Both the position numbers and the translations under genes were made by a program. 64,000 bases of DNA. It comes from Octopus vulgaris (lineage: Eukaryota). Positions 48,827 through 60,600 of this stretch are shown piece by piece; within the stretch, counting starts at the first letter, position 1; each line of letters begins with the position of its first letter. The stretch is from NCBI GenBank assembly GCA_951406725.2, contig OX597814.1, positions 85,312,001 to 85,376,000 of the forward strand. Direction: 5' to 3'. The notes under the pieces were generated by a model. It saw only the letters and a program-made list of their open reading frames with translations. It did no database searches and was not told where the DNA came from.

Positions 48827-49037
48827 TTAACATCCCCTTGAGAGAGGACCTCACAGGGAGATGACAGGTATCAAGTGGATATTAAGGTGCAGTAGGAAGG
48901 CATGGGTATTTAGGGGGCTTGTGATTTATCTTTAAAATACAATATTTAACCCTTTAGCTTTCAGATTTCTCTGTCAAATGTAATGCTTATTTATACATAT
49001 TGATGATAAACATAGGATAATCCATTCACCTACTTAA

Positions 49038-49070
<33 letters not shown>

Positions 49071-50215
49071 TAATCCAAACAAGAAAACAAAAAAACAACA
49101 ACGCAAGGATGTGGAACAAATAAAGTATTATTGGACGCTCAGGAAAGAAGGGAAGAAGGAGGGTTTGACGTTTCGAGCGGAGCCCTTCGTCGGAAACATA
49201 GGAGAAAGAAACATCCCGAGATGGGAGGACAGAGGAAAAAAAATAGCAGGTAGTCTACACGAGGTCACATACTAAAAAGACGGAAGTGGTCAAAAGGAAG
49301 GAAAAGTGTTTTTTAAAAACAAAAGAGCTGAATCAGAGAATGAATGGTAAAAAAGGTGTGCGAGATGACAAGGGTGTGTGTGTGTGTATGGTGGACGATG
49401 GCTAGTAGCAAGCAGTAGTGGAACGGTATATATATATTTAAGAGATAGAACCTCCATAAAGTAATTCAATTAATAATGAAAGATATTATCTATAATAAAA
49501 TATAAATTTAAATATATTATTATTAACATTGTACTAAAATTTTCTATACTAAATAATATACATAAAAAAAAATACACATTAAAACTACATTATTATTAAT
49601 ATTGTGCAAAAAATTTCTATACTAAATAATACACATTAAAACAATGATGCACGCTTCGTGACTATATATATATATACACACACACACATAAGTGGATTTG
49701 GTAGATGGAAACTGGAAAAAGCCTGTCATGTGTTTGTGTGTGTGTGTGTGTGCATGAACATGGATGTACCCTTGTTTAGAAATCATGTGATGGTTGTTAA
49801 GAGCATTACTGCCATACAAGTAAAGTTGTTTGTTTCCTGTCTTCCATGAAAAGCATGTCTGTCCATGGGGGAATATTACTTTGTTTAGAAACAAATGTGG
49901 AAAAGTAGAGTATCAGGTAGCGTTTAAACCAACCATATCCAGCAAAAATAATCTACCTGCTTTATCTTCAAGCTGGCAAGATCTGGCCTCTCACACTTAC
50001 CCTACAATATTATTCTAATCATAAACAATCATGTCAACAATATGTATAAATAAGCATTACATTTGACAGAGAAATCTGAAAGCTAAAGGGTTAAATATTG
50101 TATTTTTTAAGAAAAATCACAAGCTCTCTAAATACCCAGTGCCTCCCTACAGCACCTTAGCATCTACTTGATACCTGTCATCTCCCTGTGAGGTCCTCCT
50201 TCAAGGGGATGTTAA
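48827..50215. repeat. Inverted duplication, ~177-bp arms (48827-49002 and 50038-50215)
   Basis: ttaacatccccttgagagaggacctcacagggagatgacaggtatcaag... versus ...cttgatacctgtcatctccctgtgaggtcctccttcaaggggatgttaa. Confidence 0.9.
49163..49197 (-). ncRNA. Minimal hammerhead ribozyme-like motif in a Penelope-like remnant (~49065-49430, between TA tracts)
   Basis: Minus-strand RNA: GUUU CCGACGA A GGGC ucc GCUC GAAAC GUC AAAC. Stem I GUUU/AAAC, palindromic loopless stem III (ACGU), GUC triplet, U4C variant. Confidence 0.65.
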
Positions 50216-50299
50216 TGTCACCTAGGTTAAGAACAACAGCCTTAGCTTATAATTATTCACATGTGCTATGATGGAACCAGATTCGAAAACCATACTTAC

Positions 50300-50361
50300 T
50301 CATATCAACTGCTTGAATACAATTTTCAGGGTCAGTAATCATATTCCTGTCAAGGCTGTGT
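50300..50361 (-). CDS. ERAL1: ERAL1 internal exon (most 5' exon found)
   Basis: tttttttcag| ... |gtaagt; 62 nt, phase 2/1. Encodes (x)HSLDRNMITDPENCIQAVDM(I), aligning with the [20 protein letters not shown] segment I recall from human ERAL1. The phase matches the 39398 exon. Confidence 0.88.
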
Positions 50362-50722
50362 CTGAAAAAAAGTTGAAAGCAAGACTTTAGCGGAACTATG
50401 TAGAATAGAGAAGCAACATGGAAGAATTGTAAAAGAAAACCAAGATGGAACTGAGGCAGTTTACTTTGGAAACTGTCAACTCTTGCACCTTCTTTTGAGG
50501 GGGCACAAAGATGTAGTAATGGCAGTGATGATAATGATTGTGGTAGTGGTGGTAGATGTGGTGGTGGTGAGCAGCAGCAGCAGTAGTAGTAGTAGTAGTA
50601 ACAGCTGTGGTGATGACAGAAATAGTTGTATAGCCTCTAGTCAACACTGATCAAGCAAGTCTGTGATTAAAAGCATTCCAGTCATGACCACCCTGTTTTT
50701 TCAAGGGTATCTAATGTGTCCT

Positions 50723-51455
50723 TTAACCCTTTAGCAATCAGATTATTCTGTCAAAAATAATAATACTTATTAATTCATCATCATCATCATTGTTTAACGT
50801 TCGCTTTCCATGCTAGCATGGGTTGGACGATTTGACTGAGGACTGGCGAACCAGATGGCTGCGCCAGGCTCCAATCTGGTCTGGCAGAGTTTCTACAGCT
50901 GGATGCCCTTCCTAATGCCAACCACTCCAAGAGTGTAGTGGGTGCTTTTAAAGTGCCACCGGCACGATGGCCAGTCTGGTGGTACTGGAAAATGGCCACG
51001 CTTGAAAATGGTGTTTTTTACATGCCACCTGCACAGGAGTCAGTCCAGCAGCACTGGCAAGGACCTTGCTTGAATGTTTTGTTCATGTGCCACCGGCACA
51101 AGTGCCAGTGAGGCAACACTGACAATGATCACACTCAAATGGTGCTCTTTACGTGCCAGACAGCTGCTCTGGCAGTGATCCTGCTTGGATAGAGCTGTTA
51201 GTGCTCCACTGGCATGGGTGTCAGTCATTGAATTTGGTTCAATTTCGATTTCACTTGCCCCAACAGGTCTTTGCAAGCAGAGGTTTTGCAATTAATCAAG
51301 TATTATTTTGTTGTTTTGAGAATTTGATGATATGATTGTTTATTTTTAGAATGACCTTATAGGGTTGATGGGAGGGGCTAGATCTGGCTAGTTTGAACAT
51401 AAAACAGGTAGAATTATTTGACTAGGTATGGCTGGTTTAAATGCTAATGGGTTAA
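50723..51455. mobile_element. piggyBac-type MITE interrupted by an RTE 3' tail (50775-51290, minus strand)
   Basis: ttaaccctttagcaat at 50723 and aatgctaatgggttaa at 51440, with a nested reverse RTE tail containing degenerate array units. Confidence 0.75.
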
Positions 51456-51694
51456 TTTTTTTTTTTAAATGACAGCTGTACTAGGTGGAAAATTGGTTGG
51501 ATTTCTGGTAGGTTGACCTTTCTTATTGGCTTGCAAGTGATAGTAACAAGGGTGCTAAGTATAGTAATTGTAGCAGTGGTAGTAATAGGAGTGGTACAGT
51601 AGCAAGATGGTGGTAGTCGCAATAAGTGAGTGATGGGAATGGTGATAGTAGTAATAGTGGTGGTTGTGGTAGTAAATGCAGTAGTGATGGATGT

Positions 51695-52015
51695 GAAGGC
51701 ATGTGGCATAGTGGTTAGAATATTTGGCTCATGATCATAAAGTCGTGAGTTCAACTTTTGGTGACACGTTGTGTCTTTGAGCAAGACACTTTATTTCATG
51801 TTGCTCCAGTCCACTCAGCTGGCAAAATTGAGCAGTACCTGTATTTCAAAGAGCCAGCCTTGTCACATTCTGTGTCATGCTAAATCTCCCTGAGAACTAT
51901 GTTATGGGTGCACGTGTCTGTGGAGTACTCGGGCACTTGCATGTTAACTTCACGAGCAAGCTGTTCTGTTGATCGGGTCAACTGGAACCCATGTCATCAT
52001 AACCAACAGAGAGCC
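51695..52015 (+). mobile_element. SINE with a family C head
   Basis: gaaggcatgtggcatagtggttag...gagcaagacactttatttc. Body shared with 18800-18890 and 63610-63710. Confidence 0.7.
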
Positions 52016-52139
52016 TGGTGGATAATAACAATAGTTGTTGTGGTGATAGTAATAACAGTAATGGTGGTGGTAATAGTAGTAGTAATGGTGATGATATTAG
52101 TAGTGATGGTGGGTAATAATAATAATAACAATAATCATA

Positions 52140-52459
52140 TAATCAAAAAAGGAACTGAAAATCATTTAAGGATGATCCCTAGCTTACAAGCCATGCAGAA
52201 AGTGCAAAAGATTGTCTTAACTGGTACATTACACATACTGAGAAGAGCATTGTTGCCGCAAATTTTCTTTCCTTTTTTCCCCTTTATTTTCTTTGTTTAC
52301 TTTTTGTATTTTTTTCCCCTTTTTCTCTGTCACATGACTTTGTAAATGAACAAGCTGGTGTGTTTATTTTAATCGCCTATCAATGTATACAGAACATTTC
52401 TTTGTCCTAGGTGTCAGGAAGACACTCGACAAGAAATGGAAACAGAATTGAGAAATTAT

Positions 52460-52499
<40 letters not shown>

Positions 52500-52500
52500 G
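52140..52500 (+). mobile_element. Dong/R4-like 3' end fragment in (AAT)n
   Basis: Encodes IKKGTENHLRMIPSLQAMQKVQKIVLTGTLHILRRAL. The 3'UTR motif cctaggtgtcaggaagacactcgacaagaaa is shared with 40515-40580. Confidence 0.75.
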
Positions 52501-52599
52501 AATCTGAACTCAGAACATAGCGATGGGTGAAATACCACTAAGCATTTTATCCAGCATGCTAACAATTCTACCAGCTCGCTACCTTAATAACTCTGGCTC

Positions 52600-53290
52600 T
52601 GAGGTGAAATCTTATCAAATTGTTCATTTCTTTCTACAACATGACTGCCTCCAATCAGCTGTTGATGCTGTTAGCCATTATGCCTTAATTACTGATCACA
52701 TCTCTATGCTTCCACTTCATAACCATCACATCTCTGACTTCCCTTCCTCCCCATGTTCCATCCAACCACCCAACATCTCCAGTGCACCATCTTGCACAAG
52801 TGCCATCCCTTCACATCCTTTCTGAATATCTCTTTTCCTTCAGAATCTATTGCAACCTGGGCAACCTCCTGGTTTGCATTTTCTTCATCGTTCACCACAC
52901 TCAATTAGAATCCTTTCTTGTGCTACCACTCCAACTGTAATCCATGTTCCTTTGTCCAGAACATCACTAGCCTATGTAGACATAGTTCTACCTTCCATAT
53001 CATGGATTGATTCATCTAAGCCATCTGCTGCTTTAAAATGCCAATTCTGGCTTATTGTCTGCCTTTCTTGTAATGGCATTCACCCAGGAGGGGGTTAAGC
53101 TGGCTCCTATTGAGTTTGTTGCATCGTGGGTCAATTCTGGCTTATTGTATATAAGTAAAACTGGTTTTAGGCTAAATGATTGTCCAGCATATCAGCACTG
53201 GATTATAGAAACCTGTTGTCCATCACTTTCATTCTCTACAGCACTCTTGTCTCAGCCATAGACAACAATTCCTCTTCTGCTTCATTTGGT
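52600..53290 (-). mobile_element. Old LINE-like coding remnant
   Basis: Purine-rich, coding-like broken frames on the minus strand. No diagnostic motif was confirmed. Confidence 0.35.
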
Positions 53291-54269
53291 ATCAACAACC
53301 AATTCTGTTTCTTCAAAACAACCCACTAATTACATGGACAAAAACCCCTTCACAAGCACTCCACACACACATACTTCATTCCCTACTTCCACACACACAC
53401 ATTCACAGAGAACCTCTCTCAAACATAAATACATATTTCAAGTGACTTTTCCTTTTAATTATTCTTTTATATGTTTCAGCCCAAAAGCTGTGACCATACT
53501 GGAGCACTGCCAGTAATTGTACAAAAATCATAGATAACATTATTGCATCATACCCTCCTGCTCCAAAACATGAACCACATACAATTAAAACCCTTACTGT
53601 AATTTCAAACGCTAGTCCTCACTGCCACTGAGGATCTCATTAAGACAAATAAACAAGATACACTCAAATACACTCTGTTCAAATGAGCAAACATAAATAC
53701 ACACACACACACACATAATACAGTCATATAAAACTTTCACATACTTAATCCTCCACCTATTGTCACACACAAATGTATACTCACACATACAAAATTTACA
53801 ATTCACCCAGTTACTTCTGGCATTAGCCCTTCATTTGGTTCACCATATGTTGCTGGAGACTATTGACAAACTATTGATTTTATGTACTTCCTGTCCACTA
53901 TCAATCCCTGACTACATTCTTAATAATGCAATTTTGCTTTCACCTGTCTTAAATACATTTTCTTTTCTTCATTTCTCTTTCTATCTTGACAAAGGATGAC
54001 AACTATTCCAAACACTGATTTCTCTTCCTTTCTTTTAAAATGAAATGCTTTAGTTTCATAAGCCTGCTTAATCCCAAGTTAACCCCGGCTGGGTAGACCT
54101 CTGATCCAAAGCATTTTAGATGCTGCCATCCCATCTTTTTGTACAACTAAGACTACATGAGTTAATGTGTCCTCTTTTTAAAACAATAGGTTTTGAATTG
54201 AGGGAATTTGGTTGCTGTTTTAAGTAAATCAAGCAACTGTGTAGAGGCTCCTTCATCAACTTGTAGTGG

Positions 54270-56350
54270 TGGCCTCTGACAGTGTTGTGACGTTGGTGTT
54301 GTTAATCATGTATTGTTAGTGTCATTGATAATGATGCGTTGTTGATGTTGCTGAATGTTGTGTTTTTGTTCTTATTGACAGTGGTGTTGATATCACTGAT
54401 AGTGTTGTTGTTCTATTGTTTGATAGTGTTCTATGGTTGAGGTTCTTGACAGTGTTGTGTCTTTCATAGTATTTTGGTCTTTGATAATACTGTGCTATGG
54501 TCTTTGATAGTGTTGATAGAGTTGTGTTAATGACATACCTGATGATGTTCTGTCTTGATAGAACTGTATGGTTGTAGTAATTGATAATGATTGTCATTAG
54601 GAAGGGCATCCAGCTGTAGAAATGAAACCAAATCAGACTGGAATCTAGTGTAGCACTCCAGCTTGTCAACTTTGGTCAAGCTGGTCAAGTTGTTCAACCT
54701 ATGCTAGCAGGGAAAACGGATGTTAAACAATGATGAAGATGAGGAGGTATCACTGATATCATCGATAATGTTGTGTTGCTGATAGTGTTGTATGGTTCGG
54801 ACCATTGCTAGTGCTGTTAATGTCGTTGATAGTGTTGAGCTGATATCATTAATAGTGTTGTATTGTCGATATCACTGAAGGCATTCTATTGTTGTATTGT
54901 TGATAGTGTAGTATTGTATGGTTATGATCATTGCTAGTACTGTTGATATTGTTGTGCTATGGTCTTTGATACAATAAGTATGATTGTGGTCCTTGATAGT
55001 GCTATATGACTGTAGTCATTGATAATACTTTATCATTGACATCATTGATAGTTGTTGACGTTGTTGATAGTGTTGTTGTTGGTCCCTGATAGTGTTGTAT
55101 GGTTGTGGTTTTTCATAGAGTTGTGTTACTGATGTTGTTGAAGCAGTAGATTCTTTTGTTGGTGATTGCTATTTTTTATTTATTTATTTTTTTGTGTAGC
55201 AGTGACAGTAAGTATTGTTAATGATGACACTGTTGTTGTAGTTAGCACTGTTTAGCCCCAGGTCAACTCTAATCAAGCAGATCTAAGATTAAAGACATTC
55301 CAGCTGGGCCCACTCATCTTTTATTCTGAAATAGTGAGTAGAGGACTACATTGGCTGCTATTTCAAGCAAGTCGTTGGCTTGTTGTGATGAGTGCTGTTG
55401 TTAGAGATGGTAGTGCTGATGTTGGTGGTAGTGATAGAAGTGGTGGTGGTAGTAGTGTTGTTGCTAGTGGTGGTTGTAGTATAGCTATTGGTGGTGGTAG
55501 CAATGTGGCGTTGGTGATGGGTGAGTCAGTGCTGTTGTTGCTGTTGTTTAGTGGTGTGATAATAATGGCAGTGATGAAGGTTTTGATGTTGGTTGTGGTG
55601 ATGGTGATGGTGGTGAAGGAGTTGAGTGGTAAGCAAGGACAGTGAAAAAAGAGGAGGAAGAGTAGAAGGCAGAGGAGAGAAAAAGAGAAGAATTCCAAGA
55701 GTGGCTTATTCCCATCTCTCTCAATGTCTGTCTGTCTTTCCCTTGCTGTTAGTCAGAACAGAGGTACGATGGTGTGAAGAGGTTGTCACCATACTTACCA
55801 GCACCAGCACCACCATCACCAAAACCACAACCACCATCCATACTGGAAGTAAGGAGAGAGGGAGAAGCAGGCACAGCTCCCAGGAGAGGAAGAGAAGGGG
55901 GACATATCTCCTAATACAGCTAGTCAAGGTGTTAATGCACCATATGGCAACATCCCAATGTAGTGATGGTGGTGGTGATGGTAGGGGAGATGACAGAGAG
56001 GGGGAGTCCTTTAATGGATATAGTGGGGTGGGAAGAGGAGGATGTCTTGTGATGAGGGTGGGGTGGCGATATTTCTCTTAGATGTATTTGTAGTGATGAG
56101 ATGGCTAGCACCCACTGACAGACTGGTGGTTAGTGGAGGTGGTTAGTGGTGATGGTTTGTGGTGGTGGTTATGATGAGGATAATGCTGTCTAGAATGATT
56201 GAGTGGGGGGAGTGATGATGTGGTGGCTAGCATGACAAGCTTAATGTGTATAGTTACAGGAAAAGAGTTAATGCTTTAGTTATGACTATATTTATGTGGT
56301 AGTGGATAGGTTGGTGGAGGGGAATAATACGGTAATAGGGTTGCCAACAT
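54270..56350. repeat. Low-complexity (GTT/GAT/GGT)-rich region
   Basis: Recurrent ttgatagtgttg and ggtggt/gtagt tracts. RTE tail at ~54590-54745. Confidence 0.75.
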
Positions 56351-57458
56351 GATCGAATCATGTGGTGGTCTACATAGTAGACAACGTGATGTGGAGGCTA
56401 GCATGACAGACTGGGATGTAGCCATGAAGATTCTGAAGTAAAAAGTGAAGAAAGGAAGAAAATAATGAAAAAAATGTATGTGTATGTGTGTAAGTCCATC
56501 TAAATGTGAATGCCTTTATGTAAATGCATGTATACAAAATCGATATGTGTATATATAAGTCTGTATATAAAATTGTGTGCTTTTGAAGATGCGTCTAAAT
56601 GAAGAATTATGTAATAGTCTTGTTTTTATATCATTTTGTTTAAATTTTTCAAAGTATTGCTGAATGTATAACTGTGGTGTATTTAGCATGTTGTACTGTA
56701 TTTAATGTAATGTATTTGGTGTGTTTTGTTGTGAGTATTTTGTATGTTGTGATGTGTGTATATGTGTGCAAAGTAAAGTATGTAAGTATCAAGAGAAGTG
56801 TGTCTAACTGTGTTTGGTGTATACCGTTGAGTGTGTATAGTGTAGTGGAATGTGCATGTGTTGTTGTTCTTGCTGAGTGTGTGTTGTGTATCAGATATTA
56901 TAATGGTAGTACTAGAAGTAGCAATTACTGTTGTTGTATGGCTGTTATGTTAGTCTTTTCAGTGGATGTTAGGAAGAAACTAGTCATTTAGACCAGTTTG
57001 TGGTACGATGCCACTCTCAGTGACCAGGAATATTTGCCATGTGCCTCCATATTTGTGTGAAGGTCATGAATGAGAGAGTTGGCATTAGTCTGTCGAGTGT
57101 ATCAAGGAGCAGACACTTTTGCATGAGGTATGCAATGTCTATAAAACTTCTGGTTAGAAAGGGTCTTTAACCAGGGTACTGGGCACAGCTATGACCTGTA
57201 AGTAACCTGCCAGAAGACCAGATGTAATATACAAATCCAGTGATCCACAATATACAATGTTCTGCCTAGTTGAAAAACCACACTGATTAGTCTGAACATA
57301 AGGCGTCTCCTTCAGTGTGGTCTGAGGTGGCCAAAGCAAAAGTAGGTAAGGTGTAATTGGGTAATGTACAATAGCTGTTTAGGGGCTAAGCAATTTATGA
57401 TATAGTGGTACTTTAATGGCATCAGTGCCAAGCAGTAATTAGGAAAAATGAACTTTAT

Positions 57459-57647
57459 GTTAAGGTATGTTTGTGACATATTTTAACTTCTAAATGCAAA
57501 TTTACTGCAATTACTGTGGAGAAAAAAATTGTATTTTTATTGAGCAGATATGGTGTTTTTACGCCTTTTACCATCGGAGAGAATTTTTTTCTCCATGATA
57601 ACTGCAGTGAATTTAGAAGTTAAAATATGTCACAAGTATATTTTAAC
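57459..57647. repeat. Imperfect inverted repeat (~70-bp arms)
   Basis: ttgtgacatattttaacttctaaat versus atttagaagttaaaatatgtcacaa form a perfect 25-bp core. Confidence 0.85.
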
Positions 57648-60600
57648 TAAGCTAAAGTTTACTCTATATATGTATGAAATTTTCTTTATGTTAATCATGA
57701 ATAGGTGAAAGAGATAGTTTTCTTACAATAGTACAGCAATTGCTTAATCTTGGGTTGTTCTTGGCCAAATAGACCTAAGAATTCTTAAAGTCAGTGCAAT
57801 TGTAACCATGTCATCATTTTTTTTTTTGTATATCTATGAGTGTGTGCCTTAGTTTTTAGATAGGTATGCTGTACTATTGAGTACTGTCAGAAGTGGTTAA
57901 AAGAGTTAGTGTCAGGAAGGGTAACCAGTTGTAAAACTCTGACTCAAAATGTCCTGTCTTTCACATGCCAGCATAGAAAAGTAAACAAAAAAAAACAATA
58001 GTAATAAGGACTACAATGTGTCCTTCCTTTTTTAAGATGGTGAGATTTGATGAGATTTGGCAGCTATCTGTAGCAGGTCAAGTGATCATGAGAAGGTTCC
58101 TTTATTGGCTCAGCACATGCTGGCCACATACATAGTACAACACTGGTGACAATATACAGAATTCTGATCCTGTGATTGGTACTCAACATTCTATTGATTT
58201 CATAACCTTTGGTTCTCCAACAAACCGTTCTCTCTGAAAACTCTTCAAAATTTCTTTAAATTCTTTGTTGTTTAATCCCATATTTTTTTTAATGAAATTA
58301 ATATAACTTCATCCCATTGTTCATTCATAGAAAAATTGTGCATGTAAATTTTTATAAATAAGACATTGACATACTATTAAGGTATTAGAATCCAGCTAAG
58401 GATTTTTCAGTTTCTTTTTAACCAGGCTAAGTCTTTTTTAAGACCATACTATACAAAGATGTATGTCTGTAACTACACTGCCAAGTTTTATATTGGATAA
58501 ATAGAAATAATGTATTGATCATTTAACCTCAGAAACAAGATCTTCACCTTTGTTAGAAGCATGTGTCTGTGCTAACTTCTCAGTAACAATAAAAATGGGA
58601 TTCTCAAAACCAGAAATGTTAAGTGGATATTTTTGTTTAAACAGTGACCTCTATTTCTGTAAACTTGTTTTAGGGAAATTAACTGGCCAACCCAACAACA
58701 ACAGCTATAATTATTGCTGTGATGCTGAGTGTGTGTACAAATAACTGGTCCACCCAGCAGTAACTCTTTAAGCCAGCTATTCTTATCTGACCACTGTTCA
58801 ATTTTAACATTGCTAAGACCATAAATTTGCTGTAGAGGAGTATAGTTGATTGAACTGATCTTAGTAAATGACTGGTGCTTATTTTATCAATCCTGAGGGA
58901 ATGAAATGCAAAGCAAACCATGACAGAATTTCAACAAAGAACACATTAAAGAATAAACCCAAAGCCATTTGAAAATCCTATGCATGTACACATGTACACA
59001 TAGACAGACAGACAGACACACACACACACACTCTCTATCTAGCCTCATTCATTATTTATACACTATTTTCTATAAAAGGATGCAAATTAAGACACTGATA
59101 GATTGTTAATGAGGTACAGCTCAATAGTAGGTGTTCAGTAAATAAGTACCAGATGTTTTGGGAATATTGCATACAAAAACCTAGAGTCCTATCATAGGTG
59201 AATCATTGGTTGATCTGCTTGGTTTAGCAGAAAAGTTTCTCTCAAGAAACTCCCCAATGTCTTTTGAGGACTACATGTTTAATTCCTAAATATTAGGATA
59301 GTAAGCTCACAATAAACATGAGATGGCCATGACTACATGGATGGAATAATTGCTTTCCTTGGCCGTCTCTGCATTAGAAATCTGCTTAATTGGAGCTGAC
59401 TAGTACCAATCATCAAAGACATTAAAAAAGTGAATCAATCACCTCAGTGACTTTGGTCCAATTGTGGGAATTGATGTTCAATCACCTTGTGCTACATTTA
59501 GTCAGATTCTTGAATCTCCTCAGAGTCTAACTGAATTTCTTGTACTACCAAACAGCTATGTGCTTTTGTCTTGATAATTGAGTTTCTTCCATTCTTTAGA
59601 CACTCCAAAGACAGCAGAGGTTTTATTGCACCAATATTTCTTTCATGCTAGGAAGCTTGTCTTTCTCTATGATGGTAGTCTTCCTGATCTTTTTTTCCAT
59701 ATGACATGCATGATCTGCCTTAGGAGTCTCATCATAAATGTATACAATTTTGTTAACTGTTTGTAGTATATCATCCATGGCTCAAATCTACACAATAGTG
59801 GAGAATACTATTGCTCAGTATACTTTGCATTTTACTTACTAAACAATGCATTAATTATTCCACTGTATCAGTAGCTATCATGAAATTACTGTAGGAATTG
59901 TTAGCAATAGAAGATACTGACTGAATACTGCTATGTTGACACATAGATATCTAACAATAAAATAGCAATTATGGGTTCTAAAAACCTTGTAAATTGACTG
60001 GAACATTTTTTAATACTGATTTCTTACTATGGCACAAGGTCATGAATTTGTAGAAGAAGGGCAGATTAGCATCAATTAATCCTAATACACTACTGGTACT
60101 AATTTACACTGGATGGGTAGATGATAGTGACAAGTATGATAGAATGTATAGAAATCTAACTAAATATTTTAAGATATTTATAGTCAGTCACTCAGCTTCT
60201 TTGACTACTCTACTGCTAAGTTTGTTTAGTTTTACATCTACTATTCCATGCTGGCATGGAGTTGGCAAAACTCATTGAAACAAAGTTTCTATAGCTGGAC
60301 GTCATTTCTGTTACTAACTTTTACTCATTTTCCAAGTATAGTGGCTCTTGCTTTTATTCCACTGATCCAATGGAAGCTAAAACTTAAGAGACCTTTACTT
60401 ACTGGAGATTGTAAGCACAGACGCCATTTTTTCATTCAAATACTATTAATAATAAAAATGGAATATCATTCATTCATGCATACACACACACGAACAACAA
60501 GCTTCTTCTAGTTTCTCTCTACCAATCCCACTTGTAAAGCATCATCTGATTCCAGTAGAAGACACTTGCCCATGGTGCCACACAGTGGGACCAAACCTGA

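Noticed and set aside
55334-56081. Gly/Val/Thr-rich ORFs
   Set aside because: Translations of degenerate trinucleotide microsatellites. The same holds for the poly-N, poly-I, poly-Y and YI-repeat ORFs across the ORF track.
59578-59766. LDTP motif as the ERAL1 G3 exon
   Set aside because: Wrong strand, and it reads DTPK rather than DTPG.
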